Below, piece by piece: positions 37,971-47,895 of a stretch of 64,000 nucleotides of DNA. Under the pieces are notes generated by a model. That model was not told the DNA's origin. It ran no database searches and saw only the letters and a list, made by a program, of their open reading frames with translations. The position numbers and the translations under genes are program-made. Source of the stretch: a virus (Duplodnaviria; Caudoviricetes); IMG/VR virus record IMGVR_UViG_3300033076_001485, positions 1 to 64,000 of that record. One strand, 5' to 3'. Numbering within the stretch: position 1 is the stretch's first letter; each line of letters starts with the position of its first letter.

Positions 37971-40900
37971 ATGCCATCAAACGTTGTTAGAACAAATCGA
38001 CCCACAGTCTTCACAACAAATTTGAAAGCGGCATCACTGTCTAATAGAATAGACGGAATAACGATCCAAAACCAAGAAGAAAGCAATATTGGCAACCCAA
38101 ATTCTTTTAGGTATGACCAGATTGGCGCAGCATTAAAATCAACACAAGAACTCAATATTGATTATACAAAATTTGAGAATCACACATTCTTTAATTCTGC
38201 TGTAGCAAAAGTAAATGTGGCATTTGATCGAATAATAAACAACTACCCATTTGATTCCTCTTTAACAGAGATACAAGACTACGAAGATAGTTTGACAGGT
38301 TATGAGCGCTACTTACTCTCGCAGTTTTCAAAAAATAAGAATTTCCTGTTATTTGACGGGACTTCATACATTAATGTAATTGACGCAGCAGGTGCAAACT
38401 TTCCAGCTTCATCTAAAGATGACACAGGAATTGGAGTTCTAGATCCAAATACAAATAATTTTTCATTTCAAATGTTTTTTTATGCTTCTCAAGAACAAAA
38501 TGACAATCAAGTCATCTTACAAAAGAGAAGAGATGAAAATAATGCAATAACAATTGCTTTATCGCAGTCATTTTCAACCGATGATTGCAAAGCAATCTTT
38601 GCAATTTCTAATGGAATTTATTATTCAACAGCATCTGCAACTATTCAAAAAGGCACATTTAATCATTTATATTTTGAATATCGTGCTGAAGATTCGACAG
38701 GATCATTAAAAATTTTTAATAATCTAGAAAGAGTTTCATCTGAATCTGATTTTATCAATTTTGGTGGAATTGCTCTCAATTGTGCACCAATCACAATTGG
38801 AACAGGCTCGTCACACACGATTGGCGGTTACAGCTTTATTCCTAAAAATGTCCTTTCAGGAGCAATTGACGAATTAAGATTTTATCATGATGTAGTTGAT
38901 CAAGAAACTTTAGAATATAACTGGAAAAAAGAGATCTATGCAACACAAGGATTAAAGTTATATTTCAAGTTTAATGAACCAACAGGATCATACGGTGCAA
39001 ATGATGTTGTTCTAGACTACTCGGGTAATTCACTACACTCCTATATTGAAAACTTTTCACCTAGTTTAAGATTAGGAAGCGGAATTAAAAATCCGATGTC
39101 AGCAGAAGATATCGATCGCTGCCCTGTCTTATTCGCTGATTATCCTACAACTTTAGCAATGAACCAAACATTGCTGGAAGAAGCTAGAGCATATGATGCT
39201 GACAATCCTAATCTTATTACTAAACTAATTCCTGCACATTACCTTCGTGAAGGTTACACATCGCAAGGTTTTGTTGATGAAGATGGGACTATCGGCGACA
39301 ATTTAAAAGGTGACTCAATGCCAGGTACAGGTGTTATAGGATCACCCCAGATTATCACATCTATACTTTTAATTTATGCAAAATTCTTTGACGAATTGAA
39401 GCTATTTGTTGATCACTTCTCAAATCTTGTTCATATCGAATATGATCAAGATCTTTCAATTACGGATAAATTTTTACCATTTTTGGCAAATTACTATGGA
39501 TTTGAAGTTCCTTCCATGTTTAAAACAGCACTTGAAGAGCAGTTTTATGATGGAAGAAATATTACACAAAATGATGAAAAACTTGCTAATAATCTAGACT
39601 ATGTGAGAAAGCAGCTATGGCGAAGGATGCTTGTCAATATGTCAAGCATCATGAGAGAAAAGGGCACAAATGCATCTGTTCGTTCGCTATTTCATGCTGC
39701 TGGAATAATTCCAGAAAATTTCTTTACAATAAGAGAATTTGGCGGACCAAAGAAAAATTTCTTAATTGGGCGAAGAGAAACAAAGACAGAAGTTGCAACA
39801 ATGCTTGATTTTTCAGGTAGCTTAACAACTTCACTAGGCACTAATAACGCACAAGGGTTTTCAACAACAAAACCCCATATTGTGGGAAGTTATCTGTCGG
39901 GATCGAGAACAGAACCCGGCTACCCATTCATATCAGGAAATCCATCAGACGGTCTCCTGACGTCGGGGTCGTTTACGCTAGAAGGAATGTATAAGTTTTC
40001 TCCAAGACAACCTACCTTTGTCACAGAAAGCTTAATGAGATTGCATGTAACTGGAACACTTGCACCGTCAGATGCACACGGTGTAGTTCTAAACGTTATT
40101 GCAACGTCAGGATCGACACAAGAAGAAAAAACTTTATCACTTTACGTAAGGCCAAATCCTTCATCATTGTCAAGCATATTAGCGCTCCAGATGACAGGAA
40201 CAGACTTATTTGATGGAGATAAATGGAAAATATCTGTAGGAAGGTATAGGAATGATGAAATAGGAAAATTATCATCTCTCTATTACCTTAGAGCAGGAAA
40301 AAACATAGATACAGATTCTTATCTTACATTCACGACATCCTCATACTTTAATGATGTGTCTGCGACTAATGTATTACAATCATTAAGCACATTCAATACG
40401 TCGGGATCGTTTATCGTAATTGGATCACAAAGCCTAGCAAATAGTTCAATATTTTTGAATGGCGTCACAGCTGCAGCGAATACAAACTTCTCAGGAAAAG
40501 TTGCTCAACTAAGAATGTGGTCAAAATCACAAACAGAAAATGAATTTATTGAGCATGTTCGAAACTATAAGTCATTTGGCGTTGATAATCCATTAATCAA
40601 TTATTCGTTTGATACAGAATCAACAGGAACATTTGAGAGATTGAGGTTTGACTTAAGCACAGATCAGATTGTCACATCATCAGACACATTAGGACAAATT
40701 CAGTTATTTGACTTTAGTCAAAATAATTTGCTGGGTTTAGGCAATTCTTTTGAAGCGAACACACGTGTCATTAAACCGGAAACATTTTATTACTCACATT
40801 TAGCACCCAATTTTGATCAAAGCACAACTGATAACAAAGTCAGAATAAGAAGCTTGAAATATCCTGAAAATCATCCTGAATTAGGCGCAAGACTTGCACC

Positions 40901-41351
40901 TGTATACGATGTCATTAGAAGTGAAGAGCCCGATGACGATCGAAGATTCTTGATTGAGTATTCTGTTGTTAAAGCACTCAACGAAGATATAGTACGATTA
41001 CTATCAGACTTAGATTTCTTTAACGGCGCTCTTGGAAAGCCATCATACATGTACGACGAATATTATCCTGAAATAGATCAATTAAGAAAGATCTATTTCA
41101 ATAGATTGACAGATAAATTAAATTATCGTGTCTTTTTTGACCTATTTAAGTGGTTTGACACATCATATGAATCTTTAATTTCATCATTAATGCCCAAGAA
41201 AACACAGTTTTTGGGTATCAACTACACGATAGAGTCACACATGCTTGAGCGTCACAGAATGAGATACTTGTATGATCAGCAATATACACTAGGAACGGTC
41301 ACCACAGAAAATGCGTCTGGCATTAATCTTGAAACCGGAATAATCAGATAA
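37971..41351 (+). CDS. Large baseplate wedge protein with LamG-like domains
   Basis: LamG motifs GAIDELRFY, LKLYFKFNE and FSGKVAQLRMWS; wedge-like FLPFLANYYGF...REKGT. Confidence 0.65.
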   Translation: MPSNVVRTNRPTVFTTNLKAASLSNRIDGITIQNQEESNIGNPNSFRYDQIGAALKSTQELNIDYTKFENHTFFNSAVAKVNVAFDRIINNYPFDSSLTEIQDYEDSLTGYERYLLSQFSKNKNFLLFDGTSYINVIDAAGANFPASSKDDTGIGVLDPNTNNFSFQMFFYASQEQNDNQVILQKRRDENNAITIALSQSFSTDDCKAIFAISNGIYYSTASATIQKGTFNHLYFEYRAEDSTGSLKIFNNLERVSSESDFINFGGIALNCAPITIGTGSSHTIGGYSFIPKNVLSGAIDELRFYHDVVDQETLEYNWKKEIYATQGLKLYFKFNEPTGSYGANDVVLDYSGNSLHSYIENFSPSLRLGSGIKNPMSAEDIDRCPVLFADYPTTLAMNQTLLEEARAYDADNPNLITKLIPAHYLREGYTSQGFVDEDGTIGDNLKGDSMPGTGVIGSPQIITSILLIYAKFFDELKLFVDHFSNLVHIEYDQDLSITDKFLPFLANYYGFEVPSMFKTALEEQFYDGRNITQNDEKLANNLDYVRKQLWRRMLVNMSSIMREKGTNASVRSLFHAAGIIPENFFTIREFGGPKKNFLIGRRETKTEVATMLDFSGSLTTSLGTNNAQGFSTTKPHIVGSYLSGSRTEPGYPFISGNPSDGLLTSGSFTLEGMYKFSPRQPTFVTESLMRLHVTGTLAPSDAHGVVLNVIATSGSTQEEKTLSLYVRPNPSSLSSILALQMTGTDLFDGDKWKISVGRYRNDEIGKLSSLYYLRAGKNIDTDSYLTFTTSSYFNDVSATNVLQSLSTFNTSGSFIVIGSQSLANSSIFLNGVTAAANTNFSGKVAQLRMWSKSQTENEFIEHVRNYKSFGVDNPLINYSFDTESTGTFERLRFDLSTDQIVTSSDTLGQIQLFDFSQNNLLGLGNSFEANTRVIKPETFYYSHLAPNFDQSTTDNKVRIRSLKYPENHPELGARLAPVYDVIRSEEPDDDRRFLIEYSVVKALNEDIVRLLSDLDFFNGALGKPSYMYDEYYPEIDQLRKIYFNRLTDKLNYRVFFDLFKWFDTSYESLISSLMPKKTQFLGINYTIESHMLERHRMRYLYDQQYTLGTVTTENASGINLETGIIR

Positions 41352-41359
41352 GTATAAGC

Positions 41360-42088
41360 ATGTCATATACACCATTCAACGAAAGTGCACATCTTGTTAG
41401 AGGTAATTCTTCTCAAGATGGAATAGACATCTTGTCTATACGACAGCTTTTGCAAGGAAATGAGATTAGAGATCCAATGCGTCTTCGTGCAGGTGTTTTA
41501 CCTTACATGAGCATGAGATCAATACGCGTTAATGATCAAGGTCTTATAGAGAAATCAATAGAAATTAACGATCTTGGGCAAGAAATTAAAGCATCAACAA
41601 GCGCATTTGTTGATACGACAGAGCGTTGGACACCTACACAAATTATTCAAAGTGACCTATCAGAAGGTTTTCTTAAAGAGTTAGTGACGCAGCAAGTAAT
41701 TGATGAAGAAAAATACAATTCTTTAAGTGTTTTTGAGCCTGATGGATTGGAGGTGCCTTATACAGCTAGAGGCACAAAAGCAAGCTTAAATTCATCTAAC
41801 CCATTTATAGGAAGTCAATTACTCTCACCAAGATATCATGATGCTCTAGGGCAATGCGATTTTCTTGATGGACAAGAGACAATTTTGGGAATTGCAGTTC
41901 CTGCTATACAATCAGCTGACGCTTTAAAAATATTACCTTATAATGATTCAAATTCTGATGACACAGACCGTTTTGGAATTAACATTTTAAACGATGACGT
42001 GGATCTGTATGATCGTTATGCATCACAAGGCTTTGTTTACGCAAATAATGTGCGTGATTCGATAGCATTTGGCGGATTAAAGGATTAA
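41360..42088 (+). CDS. Putative virion structural protein
   Basis: Long ORF in the structural operon; no family recognised. Confidence 0.5.
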   Translation: MSYTPFNESAHLVRGNSSQDGIDILSIRQLLQGNEIRDPMRLRAGVLPYMSMRSIRVNDQGLIEKSIEINDLGQEIKASTSAFVDTTERWTPTQIIQSDLSEGFLKELVTQQVIDEEKYNSLSVFEPDGLEVPYTARGTKASLNSSNPFIGSQLLSPRYHDALGQCDFLDGQETILGIAVPAIQSADALKILPYNDSNSDDTDRFGINILNDDVDLYDRYASQGFVYANNVRDSIAFGGLKD

Positions 42089-42089
42089 A

Positions 42090-44444
42090 ATGTCATCAAA
42101 GTTTTTAAGAAAAACAGCTCGAAGGCTAATAAGAGATTTTGATCAATTTCAGCAAACTTATCCAGCACTTGTAAGATCAGAAGATCCTCTTAATAACGGC
42201 ATAAATTTAAAAACAAGCTTTAATGATGTCAAGACATTAGTATTTTCTGATCAAAATATTCAATTTCCGTCAATGCTACCTTTAGGCATGTCAAATTTAC
42301 CTAGCAGTTCAATTAATGCTATTGTAAATTTTAGTGCTGCTGCAATTGAGCAACGCCCGAGTTTGCCAGGAAGTACCGAGGGTCTTTCACCTTTTAATGA
42401 AACAATTTTTAATCTACCTGCAACATATGAGAACACATCGTCAATAGCAATTGCACCAGGATTTTCTACACCTGCACGCAATAAGATTGCAATACCGATT
42501 GATATAACTGCCAAACAAGAAAAATACATGTTTAGGCTTGGTTATTCTCTTACAAACTCCGACCCAGCAGGTCTTTTTTACGGACAAGCAGGTACAGGTT
42601 TTTGTTATTATAACTTTGATGAAAAGAGATGGGAAGATATTGGTCTAGATTTGAATTTTTACACAGGGCACATGGGCAACGGATCAGTTGCCAATCCAGA
42701 GACAGTTAATGGACAAGATTATTTCATGTCACAGTTTGTTGGAACTCCAAACGTCTCTTTTCCAGGAACTCCTGCGATTGCAGGACAGACAACAAATTAC
42801 ATAAAATACTTTGGTTATGATAAAATTGGAAGTCCGACAGAGTTTTTTGACGCTCCACTGGCACCACGTTACCACGCAACTGGAAGTCAAGGCTTACTCA
42901 TGTCTAACTACATTGCACAACCTTTTGCACTTGAAAGAATAGATGTAAAAATTCCTTTTGTTGCAAGAAGAAAACACGGACCAATTATAACAGGTGCAAG
43001 AGCAGAGTCGTCGTTAAGAGATATTGACAATCTTGTATTTTTCATATATCGTCAATCTGGCAATGTCAATGATCAGAAAGAAACCGTTAGATCACTAATA
43101 GCACATGAATCTTTGTCTTTTTTTAATAGCAAAATTAATTCAAACGTAAATTACACTTTACATGACCCCGTTTTTTCATACGACTATGATGAGAGTTTAT
43201 CATCAACAACAGAAAGACTTTTCACTGGATCTGTAACATTTACGACATATCCTAAAGTAACTTCCAAGAATTTTGCGGGGACAACAGCAAACACATTTTA
43301 CGATACAGTTGCAGGAACTTTTAAGCGTGCCGGTATCATAAATTTTTGGTCTGGTCCACTAGAAGCCGTTGTTTCAAGTAGCACAAACACGGTCAGTGGA
43401 GATGTAGGACCATCGGGAAACAATGATTTTTGGAGAATAAAGAATTCTACAAGAGGATCGGGCGCCGGCCTTAACATAACATTTGAGTCTACTCTTAATT
43501 CCGATCCTAGATTTTTAACTAATTACGCGACCGGGTCTCTGCAGCCACTAAATAGCTATTCGTTACCGACATCATTTTATAGCAGCAAAAATTGGTCACA
43601 ATATAACACAGCATACACACTACTCCCGCAAGATAGACTAGTTTTTGGTCTTGAATCAGATATATGCGCAAGAATCTCTGCTAATGGTTCATATATAGCA
43701 GGCATTGATTCATCGCCGCTTGGGGTCACAAGTTCATTTTTTAAGATTCTAACAGATCAAGCACAAGTAACTTTGTACGGGTCGCTTATACAAAATGGCA
43801 TTGCAAAAACAACGAATAGTATTAATCAAAATCTAGTTTCTCCAGCAGTTCATGAAATTATTGCTAACACACAAGATGATACTGATCAATTTGATAATGC
43901 TGAAAGATCACTTTATGTGGGTACTTATCTAGATAACTTTATGACAGGTTCTATGATTCTAGGTAATAGAGCAATAGCACAAAGTATTATTAACGGTCCA
44001 CAGATTGCATCGGGATCATTTATAAGATGTTTACCTTTGACGGATGGAGAAAAAACTTACTTCCAGAAAGGAATATCAACCATATTTGTAGTAACTGTCC
44101 CCTATTCAGAACCTAGAAATCCTAAAAATTATTTTAGATTTAATAAATACGGTAATTTTAGAGACATGCTTGAACAAGCACGTGACTACAGAATTTTCAA
44201 TAAATCACTCTATAAGAAGTCGGGTGGATTTGAAGAGCAGGGACCCGTTTATGCACAATTTGTTTTGTCATCATCAGAAATACCTGTCTCTGCATCTTTG
44301 ACACAATGTAATAATCTTAGCCCGTATATGACAGGAACATTTCCTTTTGATGATAGCATTACCGGATCCTTGTCGAGAGGCCCATATCCAGCGCCCAAGC
44401 AAAACAATCCATTTATACCCATAACTAACATTTTCAAGACATGA
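42090..44444 (+). CDS. Putative virion structural protein
   Basis: 784 aa with many TGS/SGS motifs; structural operon context. Confidence 0.55.
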   Translation: MSSKFLRKTARRLIRDFDQFQQTYPALVRSEDPLNNGINLKTSFNDVKTLVFSDQNIQFPSMLPLGMSNLPSSSINAIVNFSAAAIEQRPSLPGSTEGLSPFNETIFNLPATYENTSSIAIAPGFSTPARNKIAIPIDITAKQEKYMFRLGYSLTNSDPAGLFYGQAGTGFCYYNFDEKRWEDIGLDLNFYTGHMGNGSVANPETVNGQDYFMSQFVGTPNVSFPGTPAIAGQTTNYIKYFGYDKIGSPTEFFDAPLAPRYHATGSQGLLMSNYIAQPFALERIDVKIPFVARRKHGPIITGARAESSLRDIDNLVFFIYRQSGNVNDQKETVRSLIAHESLSFFNSKINSNVNYTLHDPVFSYDYDESLSSTTERLFTGSVTFTTYPKVTSKNFAGTTANTFYDTVAGTFKRAGIINFWSGPLEAVVSSSTNTVSGDVGPSGNNDFWRIKNSTRGSGAGLNITFESTLNSDPRFLTNYATGSLQPLNSYSLPTSFYSSKNWSQYNTAYTLLPQDRLVFGLESDICARISANGSYIAGIDSSPLGVTSSFFKILTDQAQVTLYGSLIQNGIAKTTNSINQNLVSPAVHEIIANTQDDTDQFDNAERSLYVGTYLDNFMTGSMILGNRAIAQSIINGPQIASGSFIRCLPLTDGEKTYFQKGISTIFVVTVPYSEPRNPKNYFRFNKYGNFRDMLEQARDYRIFNKSLYKKSGGFEEQGPVYAQFVLSSSEIPVSASLTQCNNLSPYMTGTFPFDDSITGSLSRGPYPAPKQNNPFIPITNIFKT

Positions 44445-44454
44445 TGCTATTGTT

Positions 44455-44461
44455 ATAATTA
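44455..44461 (+). promoter_or_regulatory. Candidate late promoter ATAATTA
   Basis: Intergenic, 8 nt before ATG 44470. Confidence 0.45.
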
Positions 44462-44469
44462 GCAATATC

Positions 44470-45477
44470 ATGTCAGGCATACTAGACTCTAAAACTCGCA
44501 TAATGGATGTTGTTCTTACAGCTGAGGGACGACGCCAGCTTGCAGCAGGAAAATTTGTACCCCAGTTCGCATCTTTTACAGATCGTCATGTTTTCTATGC
44601 AAAAGATGCTGCGAGCGGTTCTGATGATGCTTCTGCATATCTTTACTTTGAAGCAGGTAGCAGAAGCCAAGATCAAATTGTCATTGAAAATGATGATAGC
44701 GGTATGCTTATCCCATATAATGGTAATTCTGTGAGTGTCGCTCCTGACGGCAGAGTATATTCTGCGTCTCTAGAAACAATTACATCACCCACAGGACCAG
44801 GTACTTATAATCGTGTTAATTACACGCCTACAACGGGAACATTTGGCTCAATGTTTGAGCTTGTAAGCGGTTCAATATTGAATAGCTTGACTGACCAGTA
44901 TTTGATTAGAACAACTTATCCTTATGAAAAATATGATCAATTTTCTCTAACAACAGGCTCAATTGTTTTTAGAAGAAATAATTTTACACCATTCCGAGGT
45001 GCTCAACCATCAAGTCAAATTGGTGCGCTTGATCCATTCATTATTGATAGACAGCTATCACATCTTGATAATTTTAAGTTTTTATCGCCTGTGTACGTTG
45101 ATCAATCAAATGTTACTAAAAATTTAGGATCATATGATCCAATTGAGCCAATAGAGCAACTAACGTACGATGAACTCATGAGTAGCTTGTTAGGTAATGA
45201 TCCTCAATCTCCTCTCAAAGAAAAGCAAGTTGTTGATTTTGCACAAACTTCAATTCAAAGCAATGTCTTCATGCAAATTTTTGAAGGAACAACAACAAAT
45301 AGCGACGGAATTGCAATGCTTAAGAAGCTTGACTGTATTGATTTTGGTGAGTTCAAAGATGAGAATGATAAGCAGCGCCCGTACAAGCGAGTATTTTTTG
45401 TTGGAAAAGTTTATGCTGATGAGAGCGCAAGTCAAGCTCCTGCTTTTGTCAATCTCTTTACAATTGTGGCGGAATAA
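44470..45477 (+). CDS. Putative baseplate/structural protein (paralog of 53174-53878)
   Basis: N-terminus GILD...MDVVLTAEGRRQLA...F.D..V.Y is shared with 53174. Confidence 0.6.
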   Translation: MSGILDSKTRIMDVVLTAEGRRQLAAGKFVPQFASFTDRHVFYAKDAASGSDDASAYLYFEAGSRSQDQIVIENDDSGMLIPYNGNSVSVAPDGRVYSASLETITSPTGPGTYNRVNYTPTTGTFGSMFELVSGSILNSLTDQYLIRTTYPYEKYDQFSLTTGSIVFRRNNFTPFRGAQPSSQIGALDPFIIDRQLSHLDNFKFLSPVYVDQSNVTKNLGSYDPIEPIEQLTYDELMSSLLGNDPQSPLKEKQVVDFAQTSIQSNVFMQIFEGTTTNSDGIAMLKKLDCIDFGEFKDENDKQRPYKRVFFVGKVYADESASQAPAFVNLFTIVAE

Positions 45478-47895
45478 ATGAACACAGTCAATAGCGATGT
45501 GATCACAATCATTAAAGATATGCCACAAGACGACGTTAGCATAAATGTCGTCACTGTGGGTAATAGACAGTTTTATGAATATAAGGTCAATTTTTTAATT
45601 GACCAAGTGGCAGCATATTCAGCTGATGTTAGAACAATGAAGGTTGACATTGCTTATAAAAGAGTGGGCAAGACTTTTTCTTTGTTAGGTGGTAAGATTT
45701 TTGCATCCCCTAGCGATTTCAATAATCAAATTCTCAATGGAAGAAAGAATAAGATTAATTTCATTGAGGAGACTGACAAAGAACAAGAAAATAATAATAT
45801 TATTTCTCAAAAAATTGATATTTTTTCTAGATCAAGAAAAGTTAGTAAATTTCGTTTAAAAAATTCTAAATATATTGATCTTGCCACTATTGTCTCTACG
45901 TTTGAAACAACGACAAATTTGCAACCAGGACAAATTACAAAGCTAACAGCTAGTGATCTTGTTAAAAATTCAACTCAACAAGATGTGCAAGAGAGCGGAA
46001 TTTCTTTGTATTCTAATCTCACATTGCGTGGTAAAGATCCAGCTCATCAAATTAATGGAATGAGTTTAATAGAAGATGCTACATTGGTAAGACGCGGTCT
46101 TGCTTCTGTGACACCAGCTAAGAAAAGTATTGCAGGTGCTTTTACCCCCGCAAATTTTCAAGGGAATAGAAATAGTTTGCTAGCACCACAGCTAACCGTC
46201 CAGAAAAGACAAAATCTTACTACAAACGTTTTGCTACCATACACATTTAGATTTCCAATTTCTATTAATTTTCCAAATGGAAAATTTTCTGTAATTTGTG
46301 CTATTAGAAAGGCAGATGGTTCGCTTATCCAAAAAATAGACTTTATCATCAATCACGCAAGACAAATCATTAAATATAGCATTCCAAAACAGCTACCGAC
46401 AACCGGTATACAATTCGTTTCTAAAACATCAGCACAGATTAATGTCTTCAATAGAGATCCAAGAGTTGCTAATGTTAGAATTTATAAACGTGATATACAC
46501 CCTTATCAAACTATAGATAGTCAATCAACCTTTAATAAGGTTTCAATAGTTTCTGCTGATTGGAAGCAACAGGTAAATTCTTCAAGAATACAAATAAAAT
46601 CATCAACTAATGTCTTGATAAGAACCGTTCCTATACTGACAACAGGTGTTATTTTAGGAAATTTTGAAAGCAAGACACACACAGTTAAATCTGACCTTGT
46701 GGGTGGTTCTGTTATTGCAACAGCAAACAAGGGAAGTATTACAATTGAATTGTATGGCGCACCTTCGAGCTACAAATATGTGCAATTTGTAAAAAGAACG
46801 ATCGATTTAAAGCAAAAATCTTGGATCAACATAGGAAATCCAATAAAAATGGGTGAAGGAATTCCTAGTATTGAAGACAGCAACATCTTAAAAGAAAGAA
46901 CATACGAATATTCTGCATTTTTACAAGACACACATGGCAATATTAAACGTGCAAGGACAACATCACTTGCAAGGGCCACGGACTACACGTCAGGTACAGA
47001 GATTACTGTAACACAAAAAAGAGTAACTACGCAGCTTAATTCAACAACAGTAACCTTTAATGTTGCCGTTACACTGACTAAAGACAGTGATACAACAGCA
47101 ATTTTATTAGCCACTAAGGCACAAGGTATCGATAATTATTTTGAACAAGAAACGTTAAAGCTATCGGGTGATTTGTCATCTATTACTAAAGTCAACATTA
47201 GAAGACAATCACTTGAGACAGGCGAGATTAAAGATCTAGGTGTTATCGATCCTGGTGATTTTACTGATACTGTAACAGAGAGTGTTGTTTACATCTTTGA
47301 GGGTTTGCTAAGAGGTCAATCCGATCTTTTTGAAGAAATTGCATCAGACAAGACATCAAAACGCACATTAGACCCTAAAGACGCGTTACAGAGAAGTCAG
47401 ATAGTATCATCTACGCTAACTTCAACTCCTAGAATATCAAAAATTAACTTTACACAAAAATTCTTATCAAAGAAATCCTTACTTAAGGGAACACTTTCGT
47501 ATGGTAATACTAAATCTTCTGACATCGATGCCTCAGGATTCTTGCAAGGGCGTTTAGGAATTACAGAGACATTTTCAGTAACAAAAGATTACAATAACAC
47601 AAGTATTACAAATTTTGATCTTATTGTTGCTGATGAAAATCATAGAATGTTGTCATTTGATGTAAGAAATTCAACTAATCAAAAATTTATTGATTTTTTC
47701 ATTATTTCTACAATACGAGGTAACATTAGATCTGTAATTGGAAGTTGCCATTACATCGATGATACTGTTCGTCAGCATTTTCTTGATAACAAAACAAGAT
47801 TAAAAAATGGCAGTATAACATATGTTATTACACCTGTTAAGTATGATGGGACAACTTTGAGCGAAATAACAACACAGCAGTTTGAGGTGATGTAA
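45478..47895 (+). CDS. Putative structural protein with Ig/FN3-like segments
   Basis: IEDSNILKERTYEY and FLDNK...ITYVITPV FN3-like strands. Confidence 0.5.
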   Translation: MNTVNSDVITIIKDMPQDDVSINVVTVGNRQFYEYKVNFLIDQVAAYSADVRTMKVDIAYKRVGKTFSLLGGKIFASPSDFNNQILNGRKNKINFIEETDKEQENNNIISQKIDIFSRSRKVSKFRLKNSKYIDLATIVSTFETTTNLQPGQITKLTASDLVKNSTQQDVQESGISLYSNLTLRGKDPAHQINGMSLIEDATLVRRGLASVTPAKKSIAGAFTPANFQGNRNSLLAPQLTVQKRQNLTTNVLLPYTFRFPISINFPNGKFSVICAIRKADGSLIQKIDFIINHARQIIKYSIPKQLPTTGIQFVSKTSAQINVFNRDPRVANVRIYKRDIHPYQTIDSQSTFNKVSIVSADWKQQVNSSRIQIKSSTNVLIRTVPILTTGVILGNFESKTHTVKSDLVGGSVIATANKGSITIELYGAPSSYKYVQFVKRTIDLKQKSWINIGNPIKMGEGIPSIEDSNILKERTYEYSAFLQDTHGNIKRARTTSLARATDYTSGTEITVTQKRVTTQLNSTTVTFNVAVTLTKDSDTTAILLATKAQGIDNYFEQETLKLSGDLSSITKVNIRRQSLETGEIKDLGVIDPGDFTDTVTESVVYIFEGLLRGQSDLFEEIASDKTSKRTLDPKDALQRSQIVSSTLTSTPRISKINFTQKFLSKKSLLKGTLSYGNTKSSDIDASGFLQGRLGITETFSVTKDYNNTSITNFDLIVADENHRMLSFDVRNSTNQKFIDFFIISTIRGNIRSVIGSCHYIDDTVRQHFLDNKTRLKNGSITYVITPVKYDGTTLSEITTQQFEVM